Assembly: GCA_965202585.1 (NCBI GenBank)
Contig: OZ241830.1
Location: forward strand, 17,608,001 to 17,672,000
Reading direction: 5' to 3'
Length of the DNA: 64,000 bases
DNA from: Thalia democratica
Taxonomy: Eukaryota
Numbering within the stretch: the stretch's first letter is position 1; every line of letters starts with the position of its first letter. The position numbers and the translations under genes are program-made. Of the stretch, positions 21,280-35,479 are shown one piece after another. Below the pieces are notes generated by a model that was not told the DNA's origin, made no database searches, and was given only the letters and a program-made list of their open reading frames with translations.

Positions 21280-22816
21280 ACTTTTGCCGATAATTTAGTG
21301 AACGGAGTTGTTTCGAATTGAGGTATCCACTAAAAGATGCAACTTCGTAAACTCCATGGTATGTAGATAATCTTTGTAAATTAAACTAGTCACTGATTTA
21401 ACACTGATGGTAGGTGTCCCAAGTTCTTGTTAAGTACAAACATGATGACGATAAAGCAGCTGCAGAGCACTTCGGTTTAACATGAGAGAGCTCAGCCTTT
21501 TTTTATTTAAAATACCTACTTTGCTTACTTGCAGAGGATTCTCGTACTCTGCAGTTTTAGTTTTACAATTATCTTTTCATCTAAACACTTTGCAATCTTT
21601 CACATCGCTTCCAGTAATCATTGTCAACTGCTTGTCAAACTCAGCTTGAAAATCAACTTCACTGAGGAGAATTACCAACGCAATGTTGTGCTTACCATAG
21701 TTGTCATTTTGATAGTCTTCGTCTTGGCACAAATTATTTAAAAGTTTTCCTGCAAGCTACCCCTGTGGTGCAACCCGACTTTGTTCAAGATCTTTTGGAT
21801 TTTCTTAGAAATTGAACGGTCCTTCTGTGTGCTGCAAATGATAATTGTTAAAGCAACTCGCTGCAGTTGGAACCCATCTTTTGCTGAGGATGGCTCCTTG
21901 GCAAGCTATAACATTATGTTTTTGTTGCTGAAATAAGGAGCATGATAAAGAGCGTCCCCCACTCCCGCGTCCGATCCTTTATGCTTCTTAACAATCAAGT
22001 TTTGAGAAACTGTCCTCAACTTATCATCAATCCGCTCTACGTGGTTTGATGAAAAGGTGCCACGCACGGCTGCCCAATGCTACCGGTAGTTTGAATATTA
22101 AAACCTCCGCATAAAATGGTGCACCAAATTATCGAAGTGGACACTTTTCGACTACCTGCAAGCCACCGGACTGCCCGAGTCGCCTTTGCAGGAGCTCTGG
22201 AACTCGAAACTTGAGTTTGTGGTGGCAGAATTGTTTTTTGTAATTGCCGTCGTTGAACGAGTTGTGCAAAGAAGCGACCATCGACCAAAATAATTTCTTC
22301 CCCTTCAAAGCATTCATTTGCTGCGCTCTTCCGTTCACCATCTCAACCCGAGTTCCTGCAGCTACAGACGACTATCAATTTTAAAGTGGTTCAAAACGAC
22401 CTGTTAGTTCCAATCACACTATTTACCTGTCGAGGTCTTCCAACTAATTTGTTTTTTGTCCCTGTAACCTTCGTAATACCCCATCAAGTAAGCAAGTTTT
22501 CTGTGAGTGTCGTTGTTTTGTTTTGGGGCATACATGCTTCCCGCTGTGAACTTGTACTCATCTACGAAAAAGTTTTCAATTCCCAAGCAGTAAACGGCGT
22601 TCAACACCAGCGCGTAATTGTCAGTTAAGCAAATTTTTCGTGTTTGAACTCGGTTTCCCCAGACTTCTGCCCGTGTGGCGCTTCAGGTCATATGTAATAA
22701 TGGACAAATGTTAGGAAGTTTCTTTTTTTCGTGCGTCCTTACTTGACTTGTGAGTGAACATAAGTTGAAAATAAAGAAGCAGTTTAGTTTGTAATTTAAA
22801 GCGTGTTGTTAATCAT
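21280..22816 (-). pseudogene. Tandem trypsin-like protease pseudogene, copy B
   Basis: Mirror of 4911-6420. ATG retained at 22814-22816; SCKGDSGSPVACR is followed by TAG; domain 2 reads HNIALVILLSEVDF. Confidence 0.8.
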
Positions 22817-24230
22817 GATGCTAAATAAACTTATAGCATTTTTGTATACAAAAATACTATTTGACGTAACAAAAAGATTGTTTTTAACTTATAAAAATTG
22901 TGTGATTAAAATCATAAACATAACAGCTATCACTTTTATGGCAAGTTTTTATTAAAATTGTACATATCAAAATTTAAACACATAAAACAAAGAAAGTAGC
23001 TTTGTTTAAATAATTAAAATAAAAGACATGACACAGCTATAGTAAAAATTCTTTAATAGTGATTCGAAATATGGTTTATTTGTTAGAATTTTATTTGTTT
23101 GTCTGTACTTTTGTTCGGATCGTAAGTTTTTGCTCGCTGACGACTAAATATCGAAAAACTTCGAAAAAAAATGTACATAAAATCACAACTCTAACAACCA
23201 AAACATAACACAAAGATAAATAATGGCTAAGCAGAAACACTTGCATATTTTTAGAATATTTTTTTTTTGAATATTGACAAAGTACGAAATGTAAAATAAT
23301 ATTGAAACACTAAGCGAATTAAAAAAATATAGTTTTGTTACAGTAAGATTATAACCAATCAAAAAAAACACTGAAGCTTTACAAAAATGAGAGGACAGTA
23401 AAAACATATAAAGGACACGTAAATTGTTTTCATGAAAAATTTTGTACTTCTTTTTGTTACTGTTTTTAGAATAATATAACAAACTAGTTAAAATAAACTC
23501 TTAACATTAATATTAAATAAAGCCCTTCGAGGTAAGAAATGATAAAGAATTTTTATTAAACACCTTCAATTGGCTGATAATGATGAAAAGTTTTTTTATC
23601 AAATTTTGCGACTTTAGTTCTTATAAGTTTTTTATATAGCTTTAACATTATTTTTTACTAAAACAAATTATAAACATTAGTCATTTTCGATGTAGGTCTT
23701 TAAAACATCAAACTTAAACACAAACATTTAAATAGTTCTGAAATTTTAGTAAAACATCTTAAATGAAAACCATGTTAAATCGTTTTTTTTATTTTGTTTA
23801 TTCCAGTATTTTCCGGGGTTGCACAGGAAACCAGTCAAAACACGCCTCTAGCCTTAAAATATTTTTAAGACAACTTCTTTTGTAGACGGTCCTGCATATT
23901 TAGAATATTCTTCTAAATATTTATAAATAACTTTGTAACTTATATATTTTACTTATTGATAAATTAGATACGAAATAAATTTTGAAAAAAATAAACTGTT
24001 TACATACACGTCTACAGCAAATTTTTATAAAAAAAAAATATTGTTTAGTGATTAACATGCAAACAACTTAAAAAAAATTTAATAAATTTAAAGATAGCGG
24101 GAGTGAGTTTTAGAAAGAAAAGAAAAGTAGACAATTTTTTATTCTACATTTGTGAAACACAAAAAGTTCAAATGCTTTATTTCAGAAGACTGTCCGATGT
24201 TACTGTATTCAAAAAAAAAGTTGGGATAAA

Positions 24231-24244
24231 CCAGGAGATGGCGC
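24231..24244 (+). promoter_or_regulatory. CTCF-like motif CCAGGAGATGGCGC (copy B)
   Basis: Identical to copies A and C although the surrounding sequence is visibly diverged. Confidence 0.4.
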
Positions 24245-26673
24245 AAACTTAGATTCCTCACTTGAAACTTCGTGTAAGATCACATAAATGCTCTGAACGG
24301 GTAATTGTATAAATTAAAAATTCATAATGACATTAGTGAAAATAATGTAATGAAAAATTTTAGTTCCAAGATTTTATCAGCTTATAAAGTAAACTTTGTA
24401 AAGGCTTAAACAGACAGGGAGCTAGTTTTTCTTCATATCACCACACATATGAATGGACAAGAAAAACTCATGAGGTCCCATGGTTTGTATAGTTAACCTA
24501 GAATTAGCTGTTTATAAAGTTTATAAAAGTAAACTATTAAGCAGAACAAACGAAATAAACAATGCCGACTAGTTATAGCATAATTGAAAAATAAACTGGT
24601 TCGCATTGGCCTCTTTTGAATTTTTTATTGTCTACACATAAACAATGTTTGCATATAAGCTAAAATCAGTGTTCAATATGCTTGCTGATAAAATTTGAAT
24701 AATTTACTTTGAGTTTAAACATAAATTGTTTGGTAAACCTTAAAAAACAATTGGCATGCCGTTTACTTAAAAAAATCAAATGAAATAAAATCAATTAGTG
24801 CTAATTGATAATGAAAAAAAAAACCTTCTTGTCAGTAAACTGCTGCCTAAATAATGTTTAATTTATTAATTATTCGCTGTTGTATTTAACACTTATTTTA
24901 AAACTAAAACTTTTCAAAACATCGTGGCCCGCGAATAGCCTTTTATAGTGAATTTGGTTGTTCCTCATAAAATCTCATTGACCCTGCTCTGTATAGACAA
25001 AAGATTGATAAATAACTACTGCATATGTCTTTTCATTGTAAAAATCAGGTAGAAAAGTAAAATTATATTTTAATAACAGCTAAAAATATGCACAAAAAAT
25101 AGTAACCACCATTGGTTGATTTACTTGAATAGGTCTGATCAAACTTACTGGCTCCGTTGTTAGTTTTTTTGAAATAATGAAATTATTAAGTTTTGAATTT
25201 AGTTTTTTGACCTTTAATTCAAATAACTTATTTACTCTAAAATAAATTTTAACCACTTTCTTGCTTTTATTGAATATTTTATTGTTTGATAAAAATAGTA
25301 TCAATATAAATAAATCCAATTTAACGATAAAATCGAATCTATTTTTGCAATGATGATGGCTATAACTGAAAAATGCAGAACGAAAACTAGCAACCCGCCA
25401 ACATTTAGAATATCTGAATAGAATCTAGCTTAAAAGAAATATAAGTGCGGCCCGCTAGCTTGTAAATCTGGCCCGCTAAACAAAATTTTGAAACATATTG
25501 TATATTTTGATAGTTCAAATAAAGAGAATAAAAATAAGCTTAAGTAAAACTTGTAAAATATTTAAAATTTATTTCAGATATAAAATAGAATGGTGATCTA
25601 AAATTATCATTTGTCGCTGAATAATTGAGTAATTTTCGTGAATGCAACATAAACACTTTAGAATATACACAAATTAATTTTTCCACACCTAGCTCGCCGA
25701 CTAAAATCGTTGCCCATCCCTTATATACAGGATAGTTTTAAAGTAGTCGCAACTTGTACTATTAATATCAATCATTACGTTTCTTTTCAAGAAGTTACTG
25801 ATTTATTATATAAAAATTTGCTTTCTATTGATAAAGATTCAAATTTTTTCTCATTTTTAGTATGTAGTATGATAACTCTTAAATGAAAAGATAGTTATAC
25901 TAAATGTTACACTAGAGTTTTACACAAACTATTTTTCAAGCACTAAGATAAATATATTCGCAGTTAACATATAACCAAAATTACTTGATTTAAAAATTTT
26001 TATTAATTTTTTTAACACTCAGTCAACTCAGGTGCAAACACTTCCTTATATTATTTTTATAATGACACGTGCATTTGTGCAACTTGGAATACAAAGCACT
26101 ATAAGAAATTATTTTTCTTTCAATAAATGCGGTAGGTAGTTTATTTTTTAGAAGGGTTATTTACACATACTTAGATGAAATTAAAACAAGTTGCTTGGTT
26201 TGAAATTTTAGACAGTAAAAACAAACAAAAAAAAGAAACTAAATGAACATACACATAGTAAAATAAACCATTAAGTCAATTTAATATGTGTAGGACATTG
26301 TAATGGAAAACCACTTACTGAGTTAATTTTTAGCGTTATATGGATATTTTATTCAAAAAAGTTATTTTCATTCTAAGATAAAGGTTTTTCGTTTGAAAAG
26401 AAAATTATTGAAACAAAAATAATTGTTTTGTACACAAACACCTTTATTGAAAACAAGAAAATTCCGCTTCGTCAGTCACTTCAGTTTGTTTATATTTAAT
26501 AAAGATAGTATACTTGTTAAAACAAAGTAATATTGCTAGTTGTGAAAATAAAGTTAAAACGGTACAAACTTTTATTTAGAGCTAGGAAAATTAAAATTTT
26601 TTTGAAAACAACGTTGGAACTAAAAGTTATTAAATAATATACAACTAGCAGATACTTATGAAATGAGCAGAAT

Positions 26674-29600
26674 TCATAAAGTTTCACAGAAAGAAAAATC
26701 AGCCAATTTTAAAGGCAAACTCGGACCTCTTCTCCATTCATCTCTTTCAATATCGTATATCTCAACTTCATCTGTAGGAGTGTCGTAATCTAAACTACAT
26801 CCCCCAATCACATACAAACTTGAATTTACAACGCAGCATCCAAAACCAATACGTGGAATATTCATTGAAGCAACAAAACTAAACTGATTTGTTTCGCATG
26901 AATAAACTTCAACCGAAGCTAAAAATGAGTCTTTGTTTTCGCCACCAACAACAAAGAGTTTTTTGTCGTAAGCAACAGTGCAATGCCCAGACCGTTCAGT
27001 TAGGAGCCTCAAATTTCTTGTTTTCCATTTGTTTTGTGTAATATCGAATGTCTCTATACTGTCAAGCCATGTATCTGTGTCATTTGAGTCGTTAAAACCG
27101 CCAATAGCCCAGACTTTTCCTTGAAAATAAGTCAGAGTAAATTCGCTTCTTTTACTGTTCATACTAGAAACTTCAGTCCATTCACAAGTTTCAAAACTGT
27201 AGACTTCGCATTTGTCTAAATCTTCAGAAGAGTTTTCAAATCCTCCTCCGACAAAAACACATTCTGCTAAAGAACACATTCCAAAGCTTAGCCGTTTGTT
27301 GTGCATGAAAGGAAACGTTTTTGTAGCTAATTCCTCGTTAAGAGATATGGTCTCATTTTCAGCTGATTCAACGTAGTCTGATCCACTATATCCGCCTATC
27401 AAATACATTTGATCTCCTTTTATTATGGATTGATGGCGACGTCTACGTGTAACGAAAGTTTTAAATTGATACCATTTACCAATTTTTGTGTCCATTTTTA
27501 AAACTCTGTTTTCGTAAGTTGTCTCATCTGATTTTCCTCCGCTAATGTATATATAATTTTTAACCTCATTGTTTTCTGCACCTAAAAAATAAAATGAAGT
27601 ATACAACAGTTCAGCAAGTTTTTATAAACACGAAATAAAAATCTACATTTAAAAAGAAAACATCGATATTAGACATCAAATCTAAAGCCTTGACTATAAT
27701 TTATCGAAAAATACTAGAAATTAACTTAAAACAAAATTATTGGGCGAAAGCTTTTAGTAATTAAAACAAAACCTGCATTTGCTGAGAGCTTTGGTTTGAT
27801 GATTAAAGTTTTAAGTGCAACAAAAGAACACAACCTTAGGTATTAAAAAGTTGTAAAAATTCTATAAATAAAGAAAATTTTATTATTGTACCATTAATTG
27901 AATAGCAGTATGTGGTCTGAACATCGTTAATACTATTATCTGATATTTCGGCTGCGTTTCTTGATAACATTTTTAAATTAGTTTTTATCCGTTTTGTAGT
28001 TTTTAAATCAGCCAATAAATCGTTATTTTCTGACTTTAAATTTTTGTAATGTTTTTTCAAGCACTCTGCTTTGTTTTGCGCCTGTCTGAGCGAATTTTCC
28101 AAAATTTCAAGGTATTTAGTTACTACTTTGTTGTTTTGCTGCAATGCCTTGTTTTCAACTTCTAGTTCGACAGATTTCGTCAATATTAAATCACTTAATT
28201 TTTCATCGTTTACGTGTAGTTCTTTCATATTGTTTTCAACTTTATTTAAAAGCCCTTCATGAAGTAAATTTTTTTTCAACCATATTTTCATGTTGTAATC
28301 TAAAGCTTTCTTATTTCCACTAAAAACTTCATTTACTTTTTCATTGTCAGTCCCTTCAAAAAATTCCGATTTTAAAGATAATATGAAACTAAAAACCATA
28401 ACAATATTAATTTAAAATTTTTATACTGAGAACTATTTCTACTCGACAAAACTAATATTTAAATTTTTAATAACGATTTCTAATCAATAACTACTGAACT
28501 TCAAGACTGGCTAACAAAAATAAACTCAGGATATTTTAAATTAATATTCGACAGTTTCCAGGTGTTTTTTAAATAAATTTCAACTGTTTGTAAACAATTA
28601 AGGTAATTTAAAGTATCTTAGGCTATTTTCGGTTAAATATGCGTTTAAAATATAAAATTGAAATTAAAAACAAGGCGATGCATCTCAAAAAGTATGATAT
28701 AAAACAGTATTCGGATGCAGGTATAATTAAACAGACTATAGTAGTAAAAAAAAAGAGAAAATTTTAAAAAAAATTCAAAATTACATATTAATTTTTTTTT
28801 TTAGTTTTCAAAAATACAATAATAAACAATTTAACAAAAAAAGTAGTGAAAAAAACAATTACTAAATTTTGAAGAACTAGAATTAGTTTTTGGAACAAAA
28901 ATTGTCAAGTTACTAATTGTCAGAACTAAATAAGTAGTGCACCTATAAAATGAAATCCTAGTACGTGTTTCATGAATATAAATTTTTAATTTATTAACAA
29001 ATTAAACAAGTAATATTATTAATTAGTTTACAACTTCATAAAATTTGTTACACAGTGTTAAACAAAGAATGTTTAAGTTAGTAGTCTTAAGAATAGAAAA
29101 AGAACATAAAAATTTATAAGAGAAAATGAAAATTTATTTTTCATGCAAAACGACTGTATAAACATATTTTAATAATCAGTAATAACAATAAGGTATATAA
29201 GATATAAATAAAGATATATTAATCATAAATTTAGGGTCATGCAAAAAAAAATTATTTTTTATTTTTTTAACTAGTTTTTAAAAGCTTTAAAAATAATGTG
29301 AAGATTGTCAATTTTATTTGTAGAAGTATCTAAAACTGTAAACTTAAAGTGATTTATAGTTTTCTTTGATCTATGTATTATCAGAGGTTGTTTTGCATTT
29401 GATTTAATGATAATATCTCACAATATAGAGTTTTAAACTTTGATAATTTCAAACTTATTTATCTGGACCTTATTATAAATTGATGATCCTTATGAATCCT
29501 GGTTAAACTTAAAACTATAAGTACAACATATATAATTAAGCTATTTAAACAATAACAAAGAAACAAACCTTTACTAATTACTGCTTCAATATTGTTGATA

Positions 29601-30151
29601 GCATCTTCACAAGTATTTACATCAATTTCGTTTTCTTTAACTTCTAACTTTTGCTCTTCAATAGTTTCTTCTTTTTCATTAAGCAATCTTCTTTTCCTTT
29701 TCAACCCACCCTTTGTTAATTTTAGCTTACTGATTTTTTCATTCAAGTTTTTAATTTCTTTCTGGAAACCTCTCAAGAACACCTTACACAAGCTGTATCC
29801 TTTACAGTTGGTTTTGTAAGTTTCCTTTAGACGGGTATTTTCTTTATCTAACTTCTTAATGATTTTTACCATGGTCATCCTTTTGTTTGCTTCATACTCA
29901 ACAACTTTATCAAAGAAGCTCAAAGTATCATTTGAACAATCACTGTAGTCAAGTTCTTTATTAACATTAAAGTGAACTTTAACTATCGTTTCTTCCTGTA
30001 ATTCTTCTCTACATATTGGACATTTCTTATTGCCACCTTTCATTACGTTTGATATGCAGCCTTTGTGAAAGGTATGACCACACGGTGTGACAGATACTTC
30101 TGTGTCTACTTTGAGTAATCTATCCAGGCATATACAGCATTCGTACTCCAT
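26674..30151 (-). CDS. RING-H2 / coiled-coil / Kelch x6 protein (putative E3 ubiquitin ligase), copy B; exons 30151-29569, 28353-27892, 27581-26674; 650 aa
   Basis: C-x2-C...CGH-x2-H-x2-C...CPIC RING-H2. Both introns are GT-AG and phase 1 (AAAG|GTTTGT, GAAG|GG, AATG|GTACAA, TTAG|GT). Exon lengths 583+462+908 give an open frame. Confidence 0.9.
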
Positions 30152-33100
30152 TATTACTTTTAGTTTTAATATTTTAAAACTTTAAAATCTGTTTAAAGTG
30201 ATTATTAAACACCTTTAAATTTACTTTTTAAGTAATAATAATACTAAAATGAAAGAAACGTATGAAAATTTTGAGTATTTTATTTAAAAAATATAAAACA
30301 AATTAACTTTGTTAAATTTTATAACAAAACTCTCAATATCATATTTTAAGTCAAAACCTTAAGTCTAGTCTAGTTTGCTTCATAGCTTAAAGCTGTACTT
30401 TTCTTTGAAGTAACGTAAAAAAATGCCTAGTTTTTTAAAAATACTTTAGAAATTACTTATTGCTCTAGGTGTTTAATAGTAAAATGCTCTGCAAGATGGT
30501 TGTAATACTAGTATGCATAAAAAGTATTTTATTGTGCAAAGAAGTTTTTAATAACTTTTGTTTTTCTTATTTTACTATAAAAATTTAATCAGAACAAATA
30601 TTTAAAATGTACTTAATTAGTGATCAATACATTAAGCCAGTGATCTTCAAGCTAATCAGAACCTGTGTACACAAAACTGCAAACATAAATTGGGTTCCCC
30701 AAGATATTATTTTAAAAAGTGCCGCTAGTGGTAGGACTACGTAAACACTTTTATTAGTATATTTCTTTTTAAAAAGATGTTTTTGAAGCTATATGTTAAT
30801 GAGATATTTTTTCATGGAACCCACTAGCGGCGCTAATATATCATTACTAAGTTTATATTAACATGAAAACCTTTAGATAACATAAGCTGAAATTTAATAT
30901 TTCATCTTAGTTTTAAAGAACATTTTTATTTAGTTTAACTTATTTTCACAGTGATATTTTAGTTATATGGCTTTGTCTTACATACTTATTAATTGAGCAC
31001 ATATCTGCAATCACCACAAAATCCCCAGTGTAGTATTCTTAAACTATTTTATTTAATATTGAATACATGCTTAAACTAATTCTTTATCTTTTACTTTGTG
31101 AGTATTATCTTCCTTAAAAATGATATTAAACTAATATAAAAATAAGAACAAAAAAAAAACGAATTAAAAACAGCTAAATTCAAAATAATGTATATCTTTT
31201 TATCTCTGTACAGTTGATGCTGAATTTTTTTCTTTCATAGACTGAATTTTTATATTTCAAAATAAGTTCAGGGTTGTAACTGATTGTCACTTCTTTCTGT
31301 TATAGAAATAAATACTTTAATTTTAACTATATTTTCTTATGAGGTTTTTTACAAATAAGTACTGTATTTTAAGATTTTAGCAAGGCTTAGCAATTTAGTT
31401 TATAGTTTGTCACTCTTTCAAATAAAAAAAAAACAATATTAATTGACAAAAAAACAGTTTGTAATTCTTTATGCTAGTTTAAATAAATAAAAAATATTTG
31501 TGTTTGCTAAAAATTTAATAACAAGTTAACAAAGCTTGAATGAATCTAACATCAATTAATCAAAAAATAGCCAATATAAAAAATAGTCTAACATACAGAA
31601 AAATATTTATCTATTCTAAACTTTTTAATAATATTCAAACAAACATGTGTCAGTATAAGTTTTTAAAAATAATTACTGTGCTTAAGTCTCCAAACTTTTA
31701 AAATAGCATTAAAGTTATCCTGAGTAGTTTGAGTGTAAACTCTGTTTTTTAAACAACTAAGTTTCATTATTGCTTTCTAATCTAGTATAATTAATATCTA
31801 CAAATATCAATAATTGCGCTGTCGATTAAGATCGTTTTTGTACATTAGATCAGGATATCTTACTGTAAATATTTAAAACTTGATAATGTGTTGATTTTTG
31901 ATTTTAGCTTAGTTTATTAAAAGAAGTTAGATAAAAATCAGAAATCTAGTAATTAAATAATTAAAATACATAAAAAAAAGTTAAAATGAAAATCTAATAA
32001 TTTGAAAAATAATAAATTTAGTTGTACTTTCACCAAAAGAAAATGATTTTATTATTAAGTCAAACATTGAAAGTAAAGTTTATTAACTAAGTTTGACAGT
32101 GTTGTAATCCTTTTAGTCAAAACTGTTCCGATTGATTAGAAAATATCTTGAATGATTTTGAACTTACCTGTAGTCACCCAGGACTACTTTTCTTTTATCA
32201 GTTTAAATTTTTGAAAGCCAAGAAAAACCAAGCTCTTCAACAAATATTACAACAAAGTAATAAAATATTGAAACTAAACCAACTATATCTCAATTAAAAA
32301 GTAGAAAAAACTGACTTGAAATTTCAAATCTATATTGAGATAAAATAACCTCTCTGAGCAAACTAGAGTTTTGAAAACAAATTTAAAACTTATTCAGTTA
32401 TCCTGTGTCATACTGAGATTTTAAAAAGTTACAAAGTATCCGGGATTATTCTTAATTTGTGGCGACCTTTTTAATAACCTGAACTATCATAGTTATAACA
32501 GACTGATTATTTGAAACATTTATTTTGAGGCAAAAAAGGTTGTTAATTAAAATTAATAAACAGCCTTAAGTTCAAAATAAAATATTATTAAACTAACATG
32601 AAAACTTTTAAAATCCATATGACTTTAAGTTTTAATTAGAATATCAAAATACCTCTAAGTACCTTTATTTTTGCAAGTACAAAATAAAAAGTTTGGGAAA
32701 CCATGGTTAAGATATAGTATTTTTTCTCTTGAAAAACTTTTTTTGTGAATCATTGCAGAATTAATTTTCATATTGGCTTAAATTTACAATGAATTTATTA
32801 CAATTAAGTTGTTGTAACTCTGAAAGTAAATTATTCTTTACAATAAGAGCTCTAAGGTTAAGAGCAAGTAAGTATAACAAGACATTTTTATTCCAGACTT
32901 AACTGTTTTATACTACTAACAATTTATAAATTCTATGTTTAAAATTGTCTTATTATGGTTTAAAATAGTTGCTCCTACCACAAGGTTGCCATTTTTTAAG
33001 GCATAATAGAACATTTGATTTACGAAAACTGAATTAAGTGGTATCAATTTAGCCTGAGGTGTTTTCAGTTTGTACAATAATTTAAACAACTAAATAAATA

Positions 33101-35479
33101 AAAAGTTTGAGAATTTACTTCTGATCAAGTATGAATACCAAATAATTCAAAAAAGTAACCAAATTGTTACAATAAGAAATATAAGAATAAAAGAAATTTA
33201 AATTTCAAGGAAACATTTAAATCATAAAATAAAGATTAATGTATAAAAAATTTTCCAAATTATTAAAAAAACTTAAGTTAGCCTGAGTTGCTAAAAAATG
33301 TAATAGTTTTAGACTTAAAGCACTTAATTTAAAGTTGTTATTAAAATATCTTATTTTTTAACAAAAAAAACTCTACTTGATTAAAAAAATACTAGACAGT
33401 AGAACAGCCTCTTGATTTAATAAAATTTGAACATTTAAAATCAAAGGTAAAACAAAATATATAAAAAATTACAACATGTTAAAAAAAGTTTAAACACCTA
33501 TTTTAACTAACCACTATACAAACTAAAAATATATTTCGCAATTTAGTTTAAGTTTTCTTTTAAATAACTTTTAATAATTTATAAATATACTGCAACAACA
33601 TAGTTAACTTAGAACAAAAAGTTAAGTACATGTACTTTTAAAGTGCTCCTAATACAGGGTTGCAATTTTTTAAATAAAAAACAGCCAGCATTAATAACCA
33701 AAGCTTAGAATGAGTTACATTAATATAGTAAGAGTTAGCTTCAGCTATTACTTATAATATTTTTATTTAAACTTTCTCATAAGTCTTGTAATTAAAAACT
33801 TCTGTTTATGATGTATAACAAAAATTAAATTGTAATTAAAGTTCAATTTAAGGTCAAGGATCTTAAAAGAAACATAATGTTCAATTAAAATAAATACTTA
33901 AAGTTATAAAACACAAAGTTTATATAAAAATGTCCAAACCAGCCTGAGTTTTTAAAAAATTTATCAAAAAATCCTGAGTTTGTCTAAACAAGCCTAAGTT
34001 ACCCAAGATTTAAAAAAAAATAGTTTGAAATATTCAAAGTAACTTAAAAGTAAGACAGCCTTTTCATCATTTAAATGATTCTTTATAACCTTGTTTACAT
34101 TTTTAAAGTCAATAATCAAAAAACAAATACTGGTAAATAAGCACAAGCTTTAACAAGTGTAAAAGTTAAAAGACATTCAAGTATGTAGAGTTTTTTTTTC
34201 TCTCCTTTTTTAAGGACGGCACATACATCAGTAAACAGTTCTAAAGTGGCTCATACTACATGCATAAAAAGCAAAATGTTAGTGAGAATAAAAGTACACT
34301 AAAACAAAAATCTAAATATCAATATAATTTCTCTGTTATTGAAGTTATGTTATAAACTAGGAATGTGTAAAAACAGTTTTTAAAATTATATTACCTATAA
34401 GTTAATTTGGCCCTACAAAATATTTTAAGGTATTTTATTAGAAGCTAGTACAAAAGTACTCTGTTATCTAAAAATATTTTGGATGTACTACCCCACTTAA
34501 AGACCAAGACTTGAGACTCGCCTCTACTTTTGTAGCTAAATGAATAAAAATTTAAAAGTCAAAATAAAAACAGAGCAGAAAAAAAATTTAATATGCTTAA
34601 GTATGTGAAAACCTTGTTTAATACAGCTTATTTATAAATTCTATAAAATAAATTAAATTTTTACGTATAAATTAGTTATAAACAAATAGTTAAGTATGGT
34701 GATACAACTTGAAGATAAAATTAATCATTACTGAAACAAAACTAAATATCAAGATAGTGAAAAGTTTACATATTTAATAAATTGCTAATAGTGTTGTTTT
34801 TTATAGAAACCTTCTTTTATCAATTTTCACAGGTCTGATTTTCATTTAGGCTTTGATTTACTAAAAATTTATTAAATTTATATTATTAGTAAGTTTAGGT
34901 GCAAGTAAGTATAATATTTTATTATATCTAGAATTAATTGTTTCATACTTTTAATAATTCATAAGCTTTTGCTACAATTTTTCTTGTTCTTATCTAAAAC
35001 AAACGTTCATACTACACTGTTGCCATTCTTTAAGGCAAAACAGAATACTTGATTTACTAAAACCAGACTGATGTTTATCAATCTAGCTTAAGTTGTCTTC
35101 AGTTTGTAAAAAAATTTAAACAACTACACTGTCAAAAAGCTTTATAAACTACTTTTATTTAAGTAAAATCACTTATAAATACAAAACAATAAACAAAGGT
35201 TTAAATGAAAATATAGCTCTCGGCAAAAGTTTCATAAAACAACTCAAGTGATTTTTAAAAACATATCTAAACTAATCTAAAGTAATATCAAATTGATATG
35301 TTCTTAAAAAAATATCATTACATATATTGTATACCATATTTATTTAAACGTAATTTAAAGGGATAAAAATATCTCTATCTTTAACGGGTATAAATAGGTA
35401 TAGCAACTTAATTTAGTTATAAAATAAACAACAAAAACTATGTACAATTTATTACTTTCACAAACGAACGATTCAAAAT

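Larger units (their letters stand above)
17638..32850 (-). repeat. Arm B: inverted copy of the amplicon (mirror of arm A over 17638-27630 and of arm C over about 23100-32850)
   Basis: Reverse-complement similarity to 1-15750 and to about 52830-62893 (RING exon, upstream GC-rich motif, AT-rich blocks). The outer boundary is approximate. Confidence 0.88.

Noticed and set aside
1-27630. The A/B palindrome as a long-read fold-back or assembly artefact
   Set aside because: Arms differ by scattered substitutions, indels, full element versus solo LTR, and diverged Kelch alleles; an artefactual fold-back would be near-identical throughout. Spanning reads are still needed for proof.
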